From the NCBI RefSeq assembly GCF_009914755.1, contig NC_060933.1: a DNA stretch of 64,000 nt; one strand, written 5' to 3'. Positions within the stretch are counted from its first letter, which is position 1. Each line of letters opens with the position of its first letter. A program made the position numbers and the translations under genes. Positions 22,427 to 35,658 of this stretch are shown here, piece by piece. The notes under the pieces were generated by a model that was given only the letters and a program-made list of their open reading frames with translations, was not told where the DNA came from and ran no database searches. The DNA comes from the human T2T-CHM13v2.0 reference genome, Homo sapiens.

Positions 22427-23380
22427 TGGGAAGTCAAACTGTGAAACTCAGCATAACTGAAAAGCAATGTACCACTGTTGCTTATGTGAAAACTCTTGTA
22501 AAGCTGTCAGGCACCATGCACCATCTAAGTACAGCAGTGTTAGGTATGAGCCCATCAGTGATTAGAGGGGATGTGGGGTGGAGAGCGGGTCTCTGAGCAG
22601 TGGATCTCCTGGCTTTGGGGAAGCTGGCTCGTTGGCCATGCCAGGAGCTGAACCTGAAGGTACTCTGTTTGTCCTCTCAACTCCACGGGCCCCACATTCG
22701 CATTTTTTCCAATTCCCTCTGGTTTCCATTTGCTTCCTCCCTCTAGCCCCCTGGCCATGTCCGATCTCAACACGAAGTTTCTGAGCTTTTCTCATTTTGT
22801 TCACCATCTCCAGAACATCTCTGCTTCTTTTACTTTTCAAAGAATTTAAACTTGAACTCTGCTCACTCCTGCCCATCACCAACCTGAGCTCAGAGTTGCT
22901 GAGAAGGGAAAGCACCCTCATAAGGAAGCTCCTCCTTTCCTTACATCATTAGACTTGATCACAGACAGCATCTCCATCTCCACACTACTCTGGCCAGGTT
23001 GTGCCTCAGTCAATTACACAACTGTGTCTTAGTAGCCTTGGTAGGGCCCAAATCAGGATATTCTCTGGGAAGATTCACTTGATACTAAGCCCAGCATAAT
23101 CTCACTGCATCTAAAATAGAAAATTCTAGACCCACCCCTCCACATCTTCTTATTGATCCCAATATGTGACCCATTTACCATGTGCTAAAATCTCTACCTA
23201 CTGCTGATTCTCAGATCAGATGGTAACCCAGATTTACCATGGTCCAAACTCTGACATCTGATCAGGGGCATGTCATTCTGGTTCAGGCTGTCAGCCCTGA
23301 GCAGGTGAGTCAGTTTGCATCACCCTAAGTGCAGGTTGCCAGGACAACCGTGAGGCTGCATAAAAAGAACCTATGACAGG

Positions 23381-23462
23381 ATGCACATGAGAGAGACAAG
23401 TGGCTTCACATTGAAGAAGGGGAGGAGTGCGCCATTGGTTTTCCATCCTCCAGATGCACTGA
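23381..23462 (+). CDS. PRSS3: Alternative first coding exon of PRSS3 without a signal peptide (MHMRETSGFTLKKGRSAPLVFHPPDAL-), giving a 261-aa isoform
   Basis: ATG at 23381, 82 nt open, then A|gtaagc donor in phase 1, in frame with exon 2 (A+TT = Ile). I recall this N-terminus as the described 'trypsinogen 5' isoform. Confidence 0.8.
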
Positions 23463-24035
23463 GTAAGCTCCTACCTAACCTGTGTCCCCTCCTTCTTTGA
23501 AACACTTCCCATCCTTTTAAGCCTTGGTAGGAAGGAGAGCCATCTGGAAGCCCAGAATCCTATGGAATGCTAAGTCTCCCTTCTCCTTACCCCTTAGTGT
23601 TGGAATTCTGGATACCCAAAGTCTTGGATTTGACCTTTGTGCACAGTGACTGCAAAGAAGCATATTCATATTCACAAAAATGAGCCTTAGATAAGACTTT
23701 CCTCCTCTCGTGGGGGCTCCAGGAAACTGAAAAGCCAAGCTTGTTACCAATGCTTGCCCTTCCTTAAGTACATTATTAAATACATCCCCAATAGTTAAAA
23801 GGACTCCTAGACACCCAGGCCATTCTCCCTCCTTCTAACCCTCATCTCCTCGGCCTACGAAAGCCCAGCTGTGTGATCCGGGGATTGGTTTCCCCTGTCT
23901 TCCCCATCCCAGCATCCTTCCAGGAAATAGCCAGTCTCCCTCTCTGCTCTCAGAAGGCAAGTTTCCTTATCACCTGTGAATCACAAACCCACAGAGTGGC
24001 CAAACGTAGCCGAGCTGATGCAAGACCCTGGCAAG

Positions 24036-24122
24036 GGGAAAGCTGCAGGTGTGTTTGTGCTGGGAAGAACTGTGACCCTCACCTCACAGACACCTCCTCT
24101 CCTGATTCTTGGAAGGGTATAA
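24036..24122 (+). promoter_or_regulatory. Pancreatic acinar promoter: PTF1 bipartite site and TATA box
   Basis: GGGAAA-gctg-CAGGTG at 24036-24051 reads CACCTG-N4-TTTCCC (E-box plus TC-box) on the minus strand; TATAA at 24118-24122, 45 nt before the ATG; an extra GATA/E-box (ttatcacctg) near 23967-23976. Confidence 0.8.
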
Positions 24123-24162
24123 GGACAGGCCTTCCACCACCAGTCAGGCACACTCTACCACC

Positions 24163-24202
24163 ATGAATCCATTCCTGATCCTTGCCTTTGTGGGAGCTGC
24201 TG
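24163..24202 (+). CDS. PRSS3: PRSS3 exon 1 (signal peptide), ends in a non-canonical GC donor
   Basis: ccaccATGAATCCATTC...GCTGCTG|gcgagt; 40 nt, phase 1. Confidence 0.95.
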
Positions 24203-27200
24203 GCGAGTTTCATGACCTGCCTCAGGCCCCACCCACCCCCTTTCCTGGCAGACACATGCCCTGCCATTCTTGCCACCTCTCCTCTTTTGACTGCGCTCTG
24301 ATATTCTATTTCCTCCATCTGACATATCTCCTTCCCATCCTCCTTGGGCTCTCTTTAAGCCTCACCTGTTTCACCTTTTCCCTCATTTCACTCCCACCAC
24401 TGTCATTCATCCATATCCGAGCTGTGGTTGGAGAAGCTGGGAAGGGAGACCAGGTGGGGCTGGCCCATGAAATGAAGTGGCAGGCTTCAGGCTTGGCTCC
24501 AAGAGCACCAGTATAGCACCACTATAGCTGCTCTTAACCTCGAATGCACCTGGGGAGGTTCAAAAATTACTCATGCCAGAGATTCAACTCTAGAAGTTCT
24601 AACTTCATTTGTCTGGGGTGCAGCCTGTGTACTGGGCTTTTAAGCTTCCCAGGTGATTTTTAACGTTTCCAGGCATGCCGCCAAAGTTAAGAATTGCTCT
24701 TCTATTGGCCAATAACAAAGTCTACCTTTGTTATGCCAAAGTGAGCCTGGGGCTGCCCTCAACTCTGCCCTCACTGCACAGATCTGAGCTATGGGGGAAG
24801 CTAGTCATGGCCAGGTCTACCCAGACAGGGGGTTTTCCTAGCTTAGCCAAAGTATCCTGACAATCCAGGGCTCAAATAGCCAGGGCAAGTACACAGGTGA
24901 TGAATAAAAGAGAGAAGCACTCAGTGGGTGAGACAACAACATACCAACTGCTACCCCACTGGAAGCATTTTGAGGACATTCCTTGCATCCTCAGCCTGGT
25001 GTCCCCAGGAGAGATCTGAGCCCCTGCAGGGTACCTAGCTACGTGCCCTGCAGACACAGAGACTTGGGAGCCACATCCAGTGATGCTCACCAGGGGTGGC
25101 AGCGCTCCCTCCCTTGCCTGGCCTCACTGGGCTTGTTAAGGATTTCTAATTGGCAGGAAGCAACCGCAGGCTGGGAGCACCACCCCTAACATGCTACTGA
25201 CTTGCCTTCTCCCTTCCTATTTCCACTCCAGTTGCTGTCCCCTTTGACGATGATGACAAGATTGTTGGGGGCTACACCTGTGAGGAGAATTCTCTCCCCT
25301 ACCAGGTGTCCCTGAATTCTGGCTCCCACTTCTGCGGTGGCTCCCTCATCAGCGAACAGTGGGTGGTATCAGCAGCTCACTGCTACAAGACGTAAGTGTG
25401 GGGCCCCTGACTGCAAAGCTCCCAGCCAGGCTGCCTGGGAGAGCTTGGCTTCAGCCCAGGGAAGTACTGAGGTTGGGTAAGACGGATGGGAGAGGTGGTG
25501 GAGAAGAAAACTTGTTGACAGCAGCTGACTCTCCAGAGCAAGGCCAATCCATGAAACAGCAAGGGTTGTGGTCATAAAAGCAGGCAGGGATAATCTTGGA
25601 GTTGTCAGAGCTAGTGACAAAAGCAGGCAAGTACCTTTTGCTGGTTTGCTACACATTAAAGCGACCTAAGACAGAGTTTTTGAAAATACTGATGCCTGTG
25701 TCCTACCCCAGGGCAATTAACTCAAACTTCTCAGGAAGACAGTGTGAATACCAGTGAGTATTTAACACTCTACCTCTGGTAACTGTAGAGTGTATAGACA
25801 GAGCTGAGAACCGCTGCCTACACGAAGAACTCTCAAACCTGAGTATGCGTCAAAACCACCTGCAGGCTTATTAAAGCACAAATCACTGGGTCCCATCCCC
25901 AAGGTTCTGATCAGCGGGTGGGGGTAAGGACCAAGAATTTACATTTCTAACAAGTTCCCAGGAGATGCTAATGCTATGGCTACCCTTGGATTAGATTACA
26001 CAGAAGGGTGGTGCTCACTAGGCCAAGAAGGGAGGGAGGAACAGGCGCTGTGCGCAGTTAGCAAAGACCTGGGGTGAAGAATGCTGGGAAAACTACGAGG
26101 AGCTCTTTGTGCCCACAGTGCTAGTGACTGTGGAGATTTGTGGGAAAGAGGCTGGGAAGGCAGGTTGAGGAGCAGCCTCTGGTGGGATCCCTTTGACTCT
26201 TCCCCACCCCACTACCACCAGCCTCTGAAGCAGAAAGGTCCTGGGTCTCACACCTGCACTGACCCACATCCCTCTCCTGCCCATGCAATATGGCCACACA
26301 CCCCACCCCATGCCTCCAGAGCTATCCATGAGCAGTGAGCTTGAGGACCCTAGGGAAGGTGGGAGGGGTGCCCAGGCTGTGGGAGAAGGTCTTCACCATG
26401 CCTGCCCTGCCCATCAGCCGCATCCAGGTGAGACTGGGAGAGCACAACATCAAAGTCCTGGAGGGGAATGAGCAGTTCATCAATGCGGCCAAGATCATCC
26501 GCCACCCTAAATACAACAGGGACACTCTGGACAATGACATCATGCTGATCAAACTCTCCTCACCTGCCGTCATCAATGCCCGCGTGTCCACCATCTCTCT
26601 GCCCACCGCCCCTCCAGCTGCTGGCACTGAGTGCCTCATCTCCGGCTGGGGCAACACTCTGAGCTTTGGTGGTGAGTGGGACCCTTTGTCCTTCTACTTC
26701 CCCCCATCCTCACAATTTCCAGAACGAAGCATGCCCCTTTATTTGAATCCTCTTGCCTCCCGGCTTAAGACACATTTCTAGTGCCCATTACACACAGTCT
26801 CTGCACTGGGCACCAGAGAGATGCAAAGTCTCAAGGACTTGGCTCCTAAAATCAAGAGATAGGACAAATGGAGAACTTGCTGTGATCACGTCTTGGGAGG
26901 GGTTCAACAATGATCATTCTGGAAACTAAAAGCCAGAGTCCCTTGCCAGAACTTACGTTTTGGAGTCCTCTCCAGAGGCAGTGTTCCTCTTCAATGTTCC
27001 ATCCCAGATTATTGTCTCCTTCTCTGGCCTCACCCACATTTCTACTTTCTTTGATCTCTTCCTGATCCTCACAGCTGACTACCCAGACGAGCTGAAGTGC
27101 CTGGATGCTCCGGTGCTGACCCAGGCTGAGTGTAAAGCCTCCTACCCTGGAAAGATTACCAACAGCATGTTCTGTGTGGGCTTCCTTGAGGGAGGCAAGG

Positions 27201-27769
27201 ATTCCTGCCAGGTGATTTGACCCTTTCCCATGCTGAGGCTCCCACCGATACCCAGGCCCCACCGGGGAAAAAGATTTGAACTCCCAAGGTGGCAGGGCTG
27301 AGGCGGCTCCCTGCAGTGCTCCCATGGAGAAATGAGGAAGGTGGCGGGGCTGAGGCGGCTCCCTGCATTGCCCCCATGGAGAAACGAGGAAGGTGGCGGG
27401 GCTGAGGAGGCTCCCTGCAGTGCCCCCATTGGGAAATGAGGGAGGCTCCCTTGTGCTGCACGCTGCCTGCTTAGGAAGAACAGAGAATGGGCCACCGTGG
27501 GAAGGACGTGGAGCCACAGAGCTGGCTGGAAAGGGGTCTTTTAAGGTTCACAGTAAATGTAGCTATATTCCTCCTCCATCTCTCTCTTTATACAACTTGT
27601 CCCTTCTTCTCCCCAGCGTGACTCTGGTGGCCCTGTGGTCTGCAACGGACAGCTCCAAGGAGTTGTCTCCTGGGGCCATGGCTGTGCCTGGAAGAACAGG
27701 CCTGGAGTCTACACCAAGGTCTACAACTATGTGGACTGGATTAAGGACACCATCGCTGCCAACAGCTAA
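24163..27769 (+). CDS. PRSS3: Mesotrypsinogen (trypsin-3), 5 coding exons: 24163-24202, 25232-25391, 26418-26671, 27075-27211, 27617-27769 (744 nt, 247 aa)
   Basis: Spliced translation [23 protein letters not shown]|IVGG...AAHC...DNDIML...DSCQRDSGGP...IAANS*. Catalytic His (25378), Asp (26536), Ser (27623) and S1 Asp (27200) are present. QRDSGG (Arg193) is diagnostic of mesotrypsin. Exon lengths 40+160+254+137+153 keep frame. Confidence 0.98.
24525..24700. mobile_element. MER5-type DNA transposon remnant in PRSS3 intron 1 (another at about 25640-25980 in intron 2)
   Basis: cacctggggagg, ttcccaggtgatt, tttctaacaagttcccaggagatgct motifs. Confidence 0.6.
25232..25391 (+). CDS. PRSS3: PRSS3 exon 2 (activation peptide DDDDK, IVGG, His57)
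   Basis: ctccag|TTGCTGTCCCCTTTGACGATGATGACAAG ... TACAAGAC|gtaagt. Confidence 0.98.
26418..26671 (+). CDS. PRSS3: PRSS3 exon 3 (Ca loop, Asp102)
   Basis: catcag|CCGCATCCAG ... TTTGGTG|gtgagt; matches the ORF track at 26335..26781. Confidence 0.98.
27075..27211 (+). CDS. PRSS3: PRSS3 exon 4
   Basis: cacag|CTGACTACCCA ... TCCTGCCAG|gtgatt; [14 protein letters not shown]...GKDSCQ. Confidence 0.98.
27286..27441 (+). repeat. 52-bp tandem repeat, 3 copies, in PRSS3 intron 4
   Basis: AAGGTGGCRGGGCTGAGGMGGCTCCCTGCA... units start at 27286, 27338 and 27390. Confidence 0.95.
27617..27769 (+). CDS. PRSS3: PRSS3 exon 5 coding part (Arg193, Ser195)
   Basis: ccccag|CGTGACTCTGGTGGC ... AACAGCTAA. Confidence 0.98.
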   Translation, partial: RDSGGPVVCNGQLQGVVSWGHGCAWKNRPGVYTKVYNYVDWIKDTIAANS

Positions 27770-27799
27770 AGCCCCCGGTCCCTCTGCAGTCTCTATACC

Positions 27800-27805
27800 A
27801 ATAAA
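27800..27805 (+). terminator. PRSS3 polyadenylation signal
   Basis: AATAAA 31 nt after the stop codon, followed by a GT/T-rich tract (ctctgtgtctgtg). Confidence 0.9.
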
Positions 27806-29819
27806 GTGGCCCTGCTCTCACTCTGTGTCTGTGCCGGCTCCCTCACACTCCTTCACACTGGAAAGCATCCTCCAATCTCAGGTCAGACAGGGCTGTCCCC
27901 CTGAAGGGTAAGCAGAGCCGCCAGCTCCCAAAATGTGTTCCATGGTACACTAGAGTAGCATATACAAAGAGATGGAATCCAAAAATAATACGAAGCTTAG
28001 GACAAAAGGGGCACTGTTTTCTAGAGAAAAGTGTTTCAGAAAGGTGGTCTTTGGGTGGGTGGTATTGATTTTTCTTTGGGCTTCTCACAGTGGTTAGAGC
28101 TACTCTGCCTTCGAACAATCACAGCACAGAAAATGTGTCAGCATCTTCGAGGTGGCCCAAAAAATCTGACGAGCTGAATCTTATTGCTAAAATACAACAA
28201 TCATGACAAATGCTGTTGGTGATGACATGCCTCTCCCAAGAATGTGTCAGCACCAAGCCCTCCCTTCTCATTCACCTGGAAAATCAGACTCAAGTAAATC
28301 TCCCTGGCCCCCTAACTCTTCCCTCAATTCCCTAGTTCCATCTCTGTGAGCAGGCTAGAGAGATGTTCCACCTACCATAGCGGGAGCCCGACTGCGACTT
28401 GGGAATCAAGCCCAGCACTGCACGCTGCATTTTCATCTTCTTTGCCTTTGTGGTAGGACGCTGCAGTGAATCCCACAGCTAACACCAGCTCCCCACTCTG
28501 ACCTGGGATAGAAATTAGAGAGGGTCAAGATTCACCCATTTGATCAATTAACTGAGGAAGGATTCATTTTCATAAAACTTGCTCACCTTTGAGACACTTC
28601 AAGTGAGTTATTTGGGACTCTTTTAAAAACGTGGAAGGAAAGACATCTGAGGGCTGTGACACCATCCAGCCACTCTGGCCACACGTTGGCTGGCTTGCAT
28701 CCACTGCACGCAGCAGAGGAGGGCAGGCCCCGTGACACCTGTGACACCTGCCAAAGCCTCCTCCTGGCAATTCTGAGAGGGCCCATGTTAGGGATGTAGC
28801 TCATCCAAGCTTGTCACTGAAGATCCAAGCAAGCTTCTCTTTGAAATTCCACCTTTACCTTCTGTCCCAAGTGGTTGTGGACACCCATGGGAGCTGGTAC
28901 CAAGGGCCAGGAGCAGCCAAGGGAGACAGACAAGTTCAGAGCACATTTCCAGTTACAGGGAACAGAGCACAGGCCTCCAAGTGTCCATGGAGCAGCATGC
29001 AAATTGCAGTGAGGAGTAGAGGAAAACCTCTACATGGAGCACAGCATTCCTGGCAAACACAGGGGACCGCAGTCCACATGCTGTGGAATATACCCAAGTA
29101 TGCATCAGACACTTGTTTGGTGAACAGTAAATGTGTAAGATCAATTACCTTGAGAGGGCCATCTGTGCTCCACATGTGTGGTTCGTGTGAGGAGATGGCT
29201 ACCACTCACTATCTTCCGAGGGAAACAGGGCTCAGGGCTTGCACACGATGGACAGATACACACGGGTCACCCAGAATGTCACTGCATACAAACATCACTT
29301 TGTTCAACATGGATTTTGTTTTCATGGAGTCCAAACGCAGACCCTAGTTCACCTTACGGCCTTGGGTTTGTCTGCTTTTGGAGCTATATATCCAGTAGAT
29401 AGATAGACAGACAAGACAGATACATTTTCTCCCTTTCTTACCATAATGTCAATGCCTCGTCTGAATCTCATCATCACTCAAGAGTCAAGAGAGGAACCAA
29501 ATGCTTCATATAAACAGGGCTGGGCGGGGAGCGTTAGTTTTCACTGTTTTCTGTCTCCATTCAGATCATTCCTATCAAAGCCCAGCTGGTTATCTGAAGC
29601 CAAGAGACAGACATAAGGATCCCAATGGCCTTCCAGATGGCTGCTTCCACCTCCTACCTGGGCTACTCAAACTCTTTATACAGGAAAGTGAGTCACCCCA
29701 CTCAGAAGGGTTGCCAGCAGAAACAGGGCATGAAAATCACAGATAACCATGGGATTTGTTCCAAGTGGTCAGTGTGAAATAAACCACCACCACCACCACC
29801 ACCAAAAACACAAAACAAG

Positions 29820-29856
<37 letters not shown>

Positions 29857-30164
29857 AAAAAAGGCTTTTTCAAAATCCAAGACAAAATACTGTGTGAGAG
29901 CCAGGCCATGGCATTGCCTTTTCTCAGGCCACACAGCTTTCCCAGTCCATTTGCTCACATGGAACTGTGAGACGTGAAGGTCTGCAGAGCGTGTGCTGGG
30001 GATGGAGGCTGGTACTGTTCACCTGTGGGTCCATGCCAAAGGGCAAAGAGGCAGAAAGCTACAACTCTGTCCACCACCACGGCTTAGGCCTCCTGCTCAC
30101 AGAGGCTCTGAAGAGCCCCCACCTCAGCCTTCACACAAAATATCTCCTTCTGGCTCAACTACAG

Positions 30165-31125
30165 CCAGGCTGGAATGCCATGGCATGATCTCTGCTCACT
30201 ATAACCTCCGCCTCCAGGGCTCAAGTGATTCAGCCTCCCAAGTAGCTGGGATTACAGGCGTGCACCACCGTGCCCAGCTAATTTTTTGTGTGTGTGTTTT
30301 TAGTAGAGACAGGGTTTCACCATGTTGGCAAGGCTGGTTTTGAACTCCTGACCTCAAGTGATGCAAAGTGCTGGGATTACAGGCATGAGCCACCGCTTCT
30401 GGCCCAGGCCCTATGTTTTAAAAAAATTATTTCAACTTTTATTTTAGATTCAGGGGGTACACGTGTAGGTTTGTTACACGGGTATATTGTGTGATGCTGA
30501 GGTTTGGGGCACAAATGATCTCGTCACTCAGGCAGTGAGCACAGTACCCAATAGGTAGTTTTTCAGCCCTTTCCACCCTCCTTCTCTCTTCCCTCTAGTA
30601 GTTGCAGTGTCTACTGTTCCCGTCTTACATCCATGTGTACCCAGTGCTCAGCTCCCACTTATACATGAGAATATGATATTTGGTTTTCCATTCCTATGTT
30701 AATTTGCTTAGGATTATGGTCTCCAGCTCCATCCATGTTGCTGCAAAGGACATGATTTCATTCTTTTCATGGCTGCATAGTATTCCATGGTGTATATGTA
30801 CCACATTTCCTTTATCCAGTCTACCGCTGATGGCCACCTAGGTTCATTCCATGGCTTTGCTATTGTGAATACTGCTGTGATGGACATGCAAGAGCATGTG
30901 TATTTTTGGCAGAACAATTATTTTCCTTTGGGTAAATGCCCAGTAAAGGAATTGCTGGGTGGAATGGTAGTTCTGTTTTAAATTATTTCAGAAATCTCCA
31001 AACTGCTTTCTTTATAATTTTTCCATGAACTAATTTACACTCTGGCCAACAGTGTATAAGCATTCCCTTTCCTCTGCAGCCTCACCAGCATTTTCTATTT
31101 TTTGGACATTTTAATAATAGCCACT
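30165..31125 (-). mobile_element. Antisense Alu (30165-30410) followed by an antisense L1PA/PB 3' end (30415-31125)
   Basis: L1 3' motifs (gtattccatggtgtatatgtaccacattt); minus-strand ORF WIKEMWYIYTMEYYAA. Confidence 0.88.
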
Positions 31126-31947
31126 CTGCAAACAACCTCTTTCAAGGCCAATGTGTGGAAGAGCCACAAACATCCCTTTTCCCGAAGAGAATTCTTGCCT
31201 GCCCACGGGTAGAATTCTTGTTTTCATCTGTCTTTCGTTGTTTGCTTTTCAAAGAAAAACCAAAGGTAAAGTGGTATGATCTTCCACACCTGAACCAGTT
31301 TGTAGCCACCAGAGCCTGCTGGGAAGGGGCCCCTCAAGGATGCATTGATCTTGTCACCTGGAATTTGAGAGATCAAGAAGCCCCATAGCAACCTGCCATA
31401 CAACTGCCCACCAGCGCTCATTCTTTCATGGATTAGCTCAATTCTGGCTCTGCAGACACTGGCAGCCACAGGTGATAAAACCCTGGGCCTCTGTGGCCTT
31501 TCCTCATCACCCAGGGCCACAGCGGGCTGCCTGTCCTAGGCAGAGACACAGCAACATTCTCTTAAACTGAAATTAGGCATAAATCCACTTCACCAACAAT
31601 CATCTCAGGGCACAGTCCCTGCCTCCTTCCTTGGGGATTTTAAAACACACATCTCTGACCAAACAGGTAGGTGAGATCTGACTTTAAAGGGGGGAAAATC
31701 GGGATGAATTGTGGTATGAGGAATGAATCCCAAGTGTTTTTGTGTGGGGACAGGCATCCACATCCTGAACTGTACCTGGAGATGGAGAAAAATGCAGGAG
31801 AGGAGAAGAGAAACAAAGGGGGACAAAGTGGCTGAAAGTCATTGAAAGCTTCTCTCGTGGTTCTTTCTGGCTCTGGTTGCTTTGCCAAGGTCTTGGGTGC
31901 AGGCAGAGCCGACTCTGGCTGGGAGCTGCTGCTCTGGGAGATGGAAG

Positions 31948-33120
31948 AGTCACTTCACCTCCAGAAACCTCATTTGATCATCTGGAAAATGGGCAATTCC
32001 AAGGTGGTTGTGATGATAAAATGAAGAAAAAATTCTTAACTTATATGAGTTACAGGCTGTATACTAAGTTATGTGGTATATAGTAAGCACACAGAAATGA
32101 TTCACTGTTATCATAATTGAAGGACAGTGGTTTGGTGTGCTAAGCAGTAAACACAAGACAGAAAGATGTCTTAGAGAAGCAGACAAAGAAATTTATAGTT
32201 CAGAATGAACAGTACCAAGAATGGCATGTCCTCCAAATTGAGCTTGGGCAGCTGGATCTGAACCTATCCTACACATCTGAGTCTACAGTATGAGGTAACA
32301 GTCTCCACCTATAGCTATCTTCTCTGCCTGTAAGGTCATTCCTGTTTGAAGAAAGCTGACCTCAGACTATATTGTGATCGTTTAAGGAAGAGCGCAAAAT
32401 ACTGGAGAAGGCTAGTCTTCAAGCTCTAGATACAGAAAATCCTCATGTTCTTGGGTATTCCCTTTCAGAAAGAGAGTCAGAGCCACAAGCACTGATCCAA
32501 AAATCCCCTTCTCCAAAAAAATTTTCCATCTTCTGCCAAGGTTCACCTCCCTATTTAGTGCACACCGGTGTCTACAGTTGCTACAGCAAGAGTCTCTCCT
32601 TATCCTCTAAGGCAGGAGTTCTGTGAAGACCCCATGACAAGGGGACAAAATGAAACAACATGTTTAGGGGCAACACAGGAAAAACCCATATTATCAATGC
32701 TCCAAAACCTGGCTACCTCAGGCTTGGCCAGTTATTTGTGAGCAGAGAGGTGTGTCGTCTACATGGCAGTCATGGCCTGGATGGGTCTGGAACTGTGGCA
32801 AGGGAAGTCTCTGAGACAAGGTGCCAGAAGAAAGATGAATTCAATCATCTATTTCGGCCAGGAAGAAAAGCAGGAGGAAGGAATCAGATGTACAGTTTGT
32901 CCTCTGGGGACCTCTGCCTTGATCCTCAATAAATCTCCTTTTAGATGTCACCTGCAGCAATTCCCACAGTTCACAGCGCTCTCCATGGCTTCCGTTGGCC
33001 TTGTGGTGAGCTCTGCCAAGATCTGTATTCTTGGGCAAGACAGAACCCTTCTGAATCTCAGTCTCTTCCTCTATAAATGGAAATAATTTTGCTCTGCACA
33101 AATCACAGTTAGTATGTTTG
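31948..33120 (+). repeat. Trypsinogen homology-unit upstream segment, copy 2 (truncated next unit)
   Basis: Direct repeat of 21261-22426; similarity stops abruptly after ...agtatgtttg (33120). Confidence 0.95.
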
Positions 33121-33139
33121 CCACCTCAGCCTGGTGACC

Positions 33140-35090
<1,951 letters not shown>

Positions 35091-35621
35091 CTTATTTTTA
35101 ATAGATACAAAGTCTCAGCTTTGCAAGACGAAAAGAGTGTGAGGATGGGCGGTGGTAATGGTAACAGAGCAACATAAATGTCTAATACCACTAAACTGCA
35201 TTCTTCGGTGTATTTTGCTGCAATTTTTAAAAAATAAAAAACATGGCCCTCATACAAAAATGTACCACCTCACTTTCTCAGTAAAATTATTTTAGCAAGG
35301 TTCTAGTGGTAACAGAAATCAAAACCTTAAAAACATGCATATTCTTCAAATCAGTAATTCCATTTCTAGAAATGTATTCTAGAAAATCTGGCAAGGGAAT
35401 AATATTGTAAGGGGAATAATATTGTAAATACATTTGGCATGAATTTTTTCAAACAATGACAAGTGGAAAACCACCTCAATGTTTCAGAATAGGGGACTGA
35501 TTAAATATCACTCTGCATATCACCACACAATTAGCTATTTACAATTATGATCTAGATGAAGAATTGAAACATGAAATTTTGTTCCAGTATTTTGTTTTGT
35601 CGAAAAAAGCAGATCACAAAA

Positions 35622-35623
<2 letters not shown>

Positions 35624-35655
<32 letters not shown>
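35624..35655 (+). repeat. (GT)16 microsatellite
   Basis: Perfect dinucleotide run. Confidence 0.97.

Positions 35656-35658
<3 letters not shown>

Noticed and set aside
27286-27441. CRISPR-like appearance of the 52-bp array
   Set aside because: Head-to-tail units with no unique spacers, in human intronic DNA.
26852-27911. ORFs of 221, 117, 101 (-) and 172 aa (+) over PRSS3 exons 4-5
   Set aside because: Shadow frames of PRSS3 and the 52-bp repeat.
21966-33101. Paired near-identical ORFs (MFRGNTGK..., MAVMAWMG...) at 22 kb and 32.7 kb
   Set aside because: Their similarity reflects the recent DNA duplication; no recognisable domain or splice structure.
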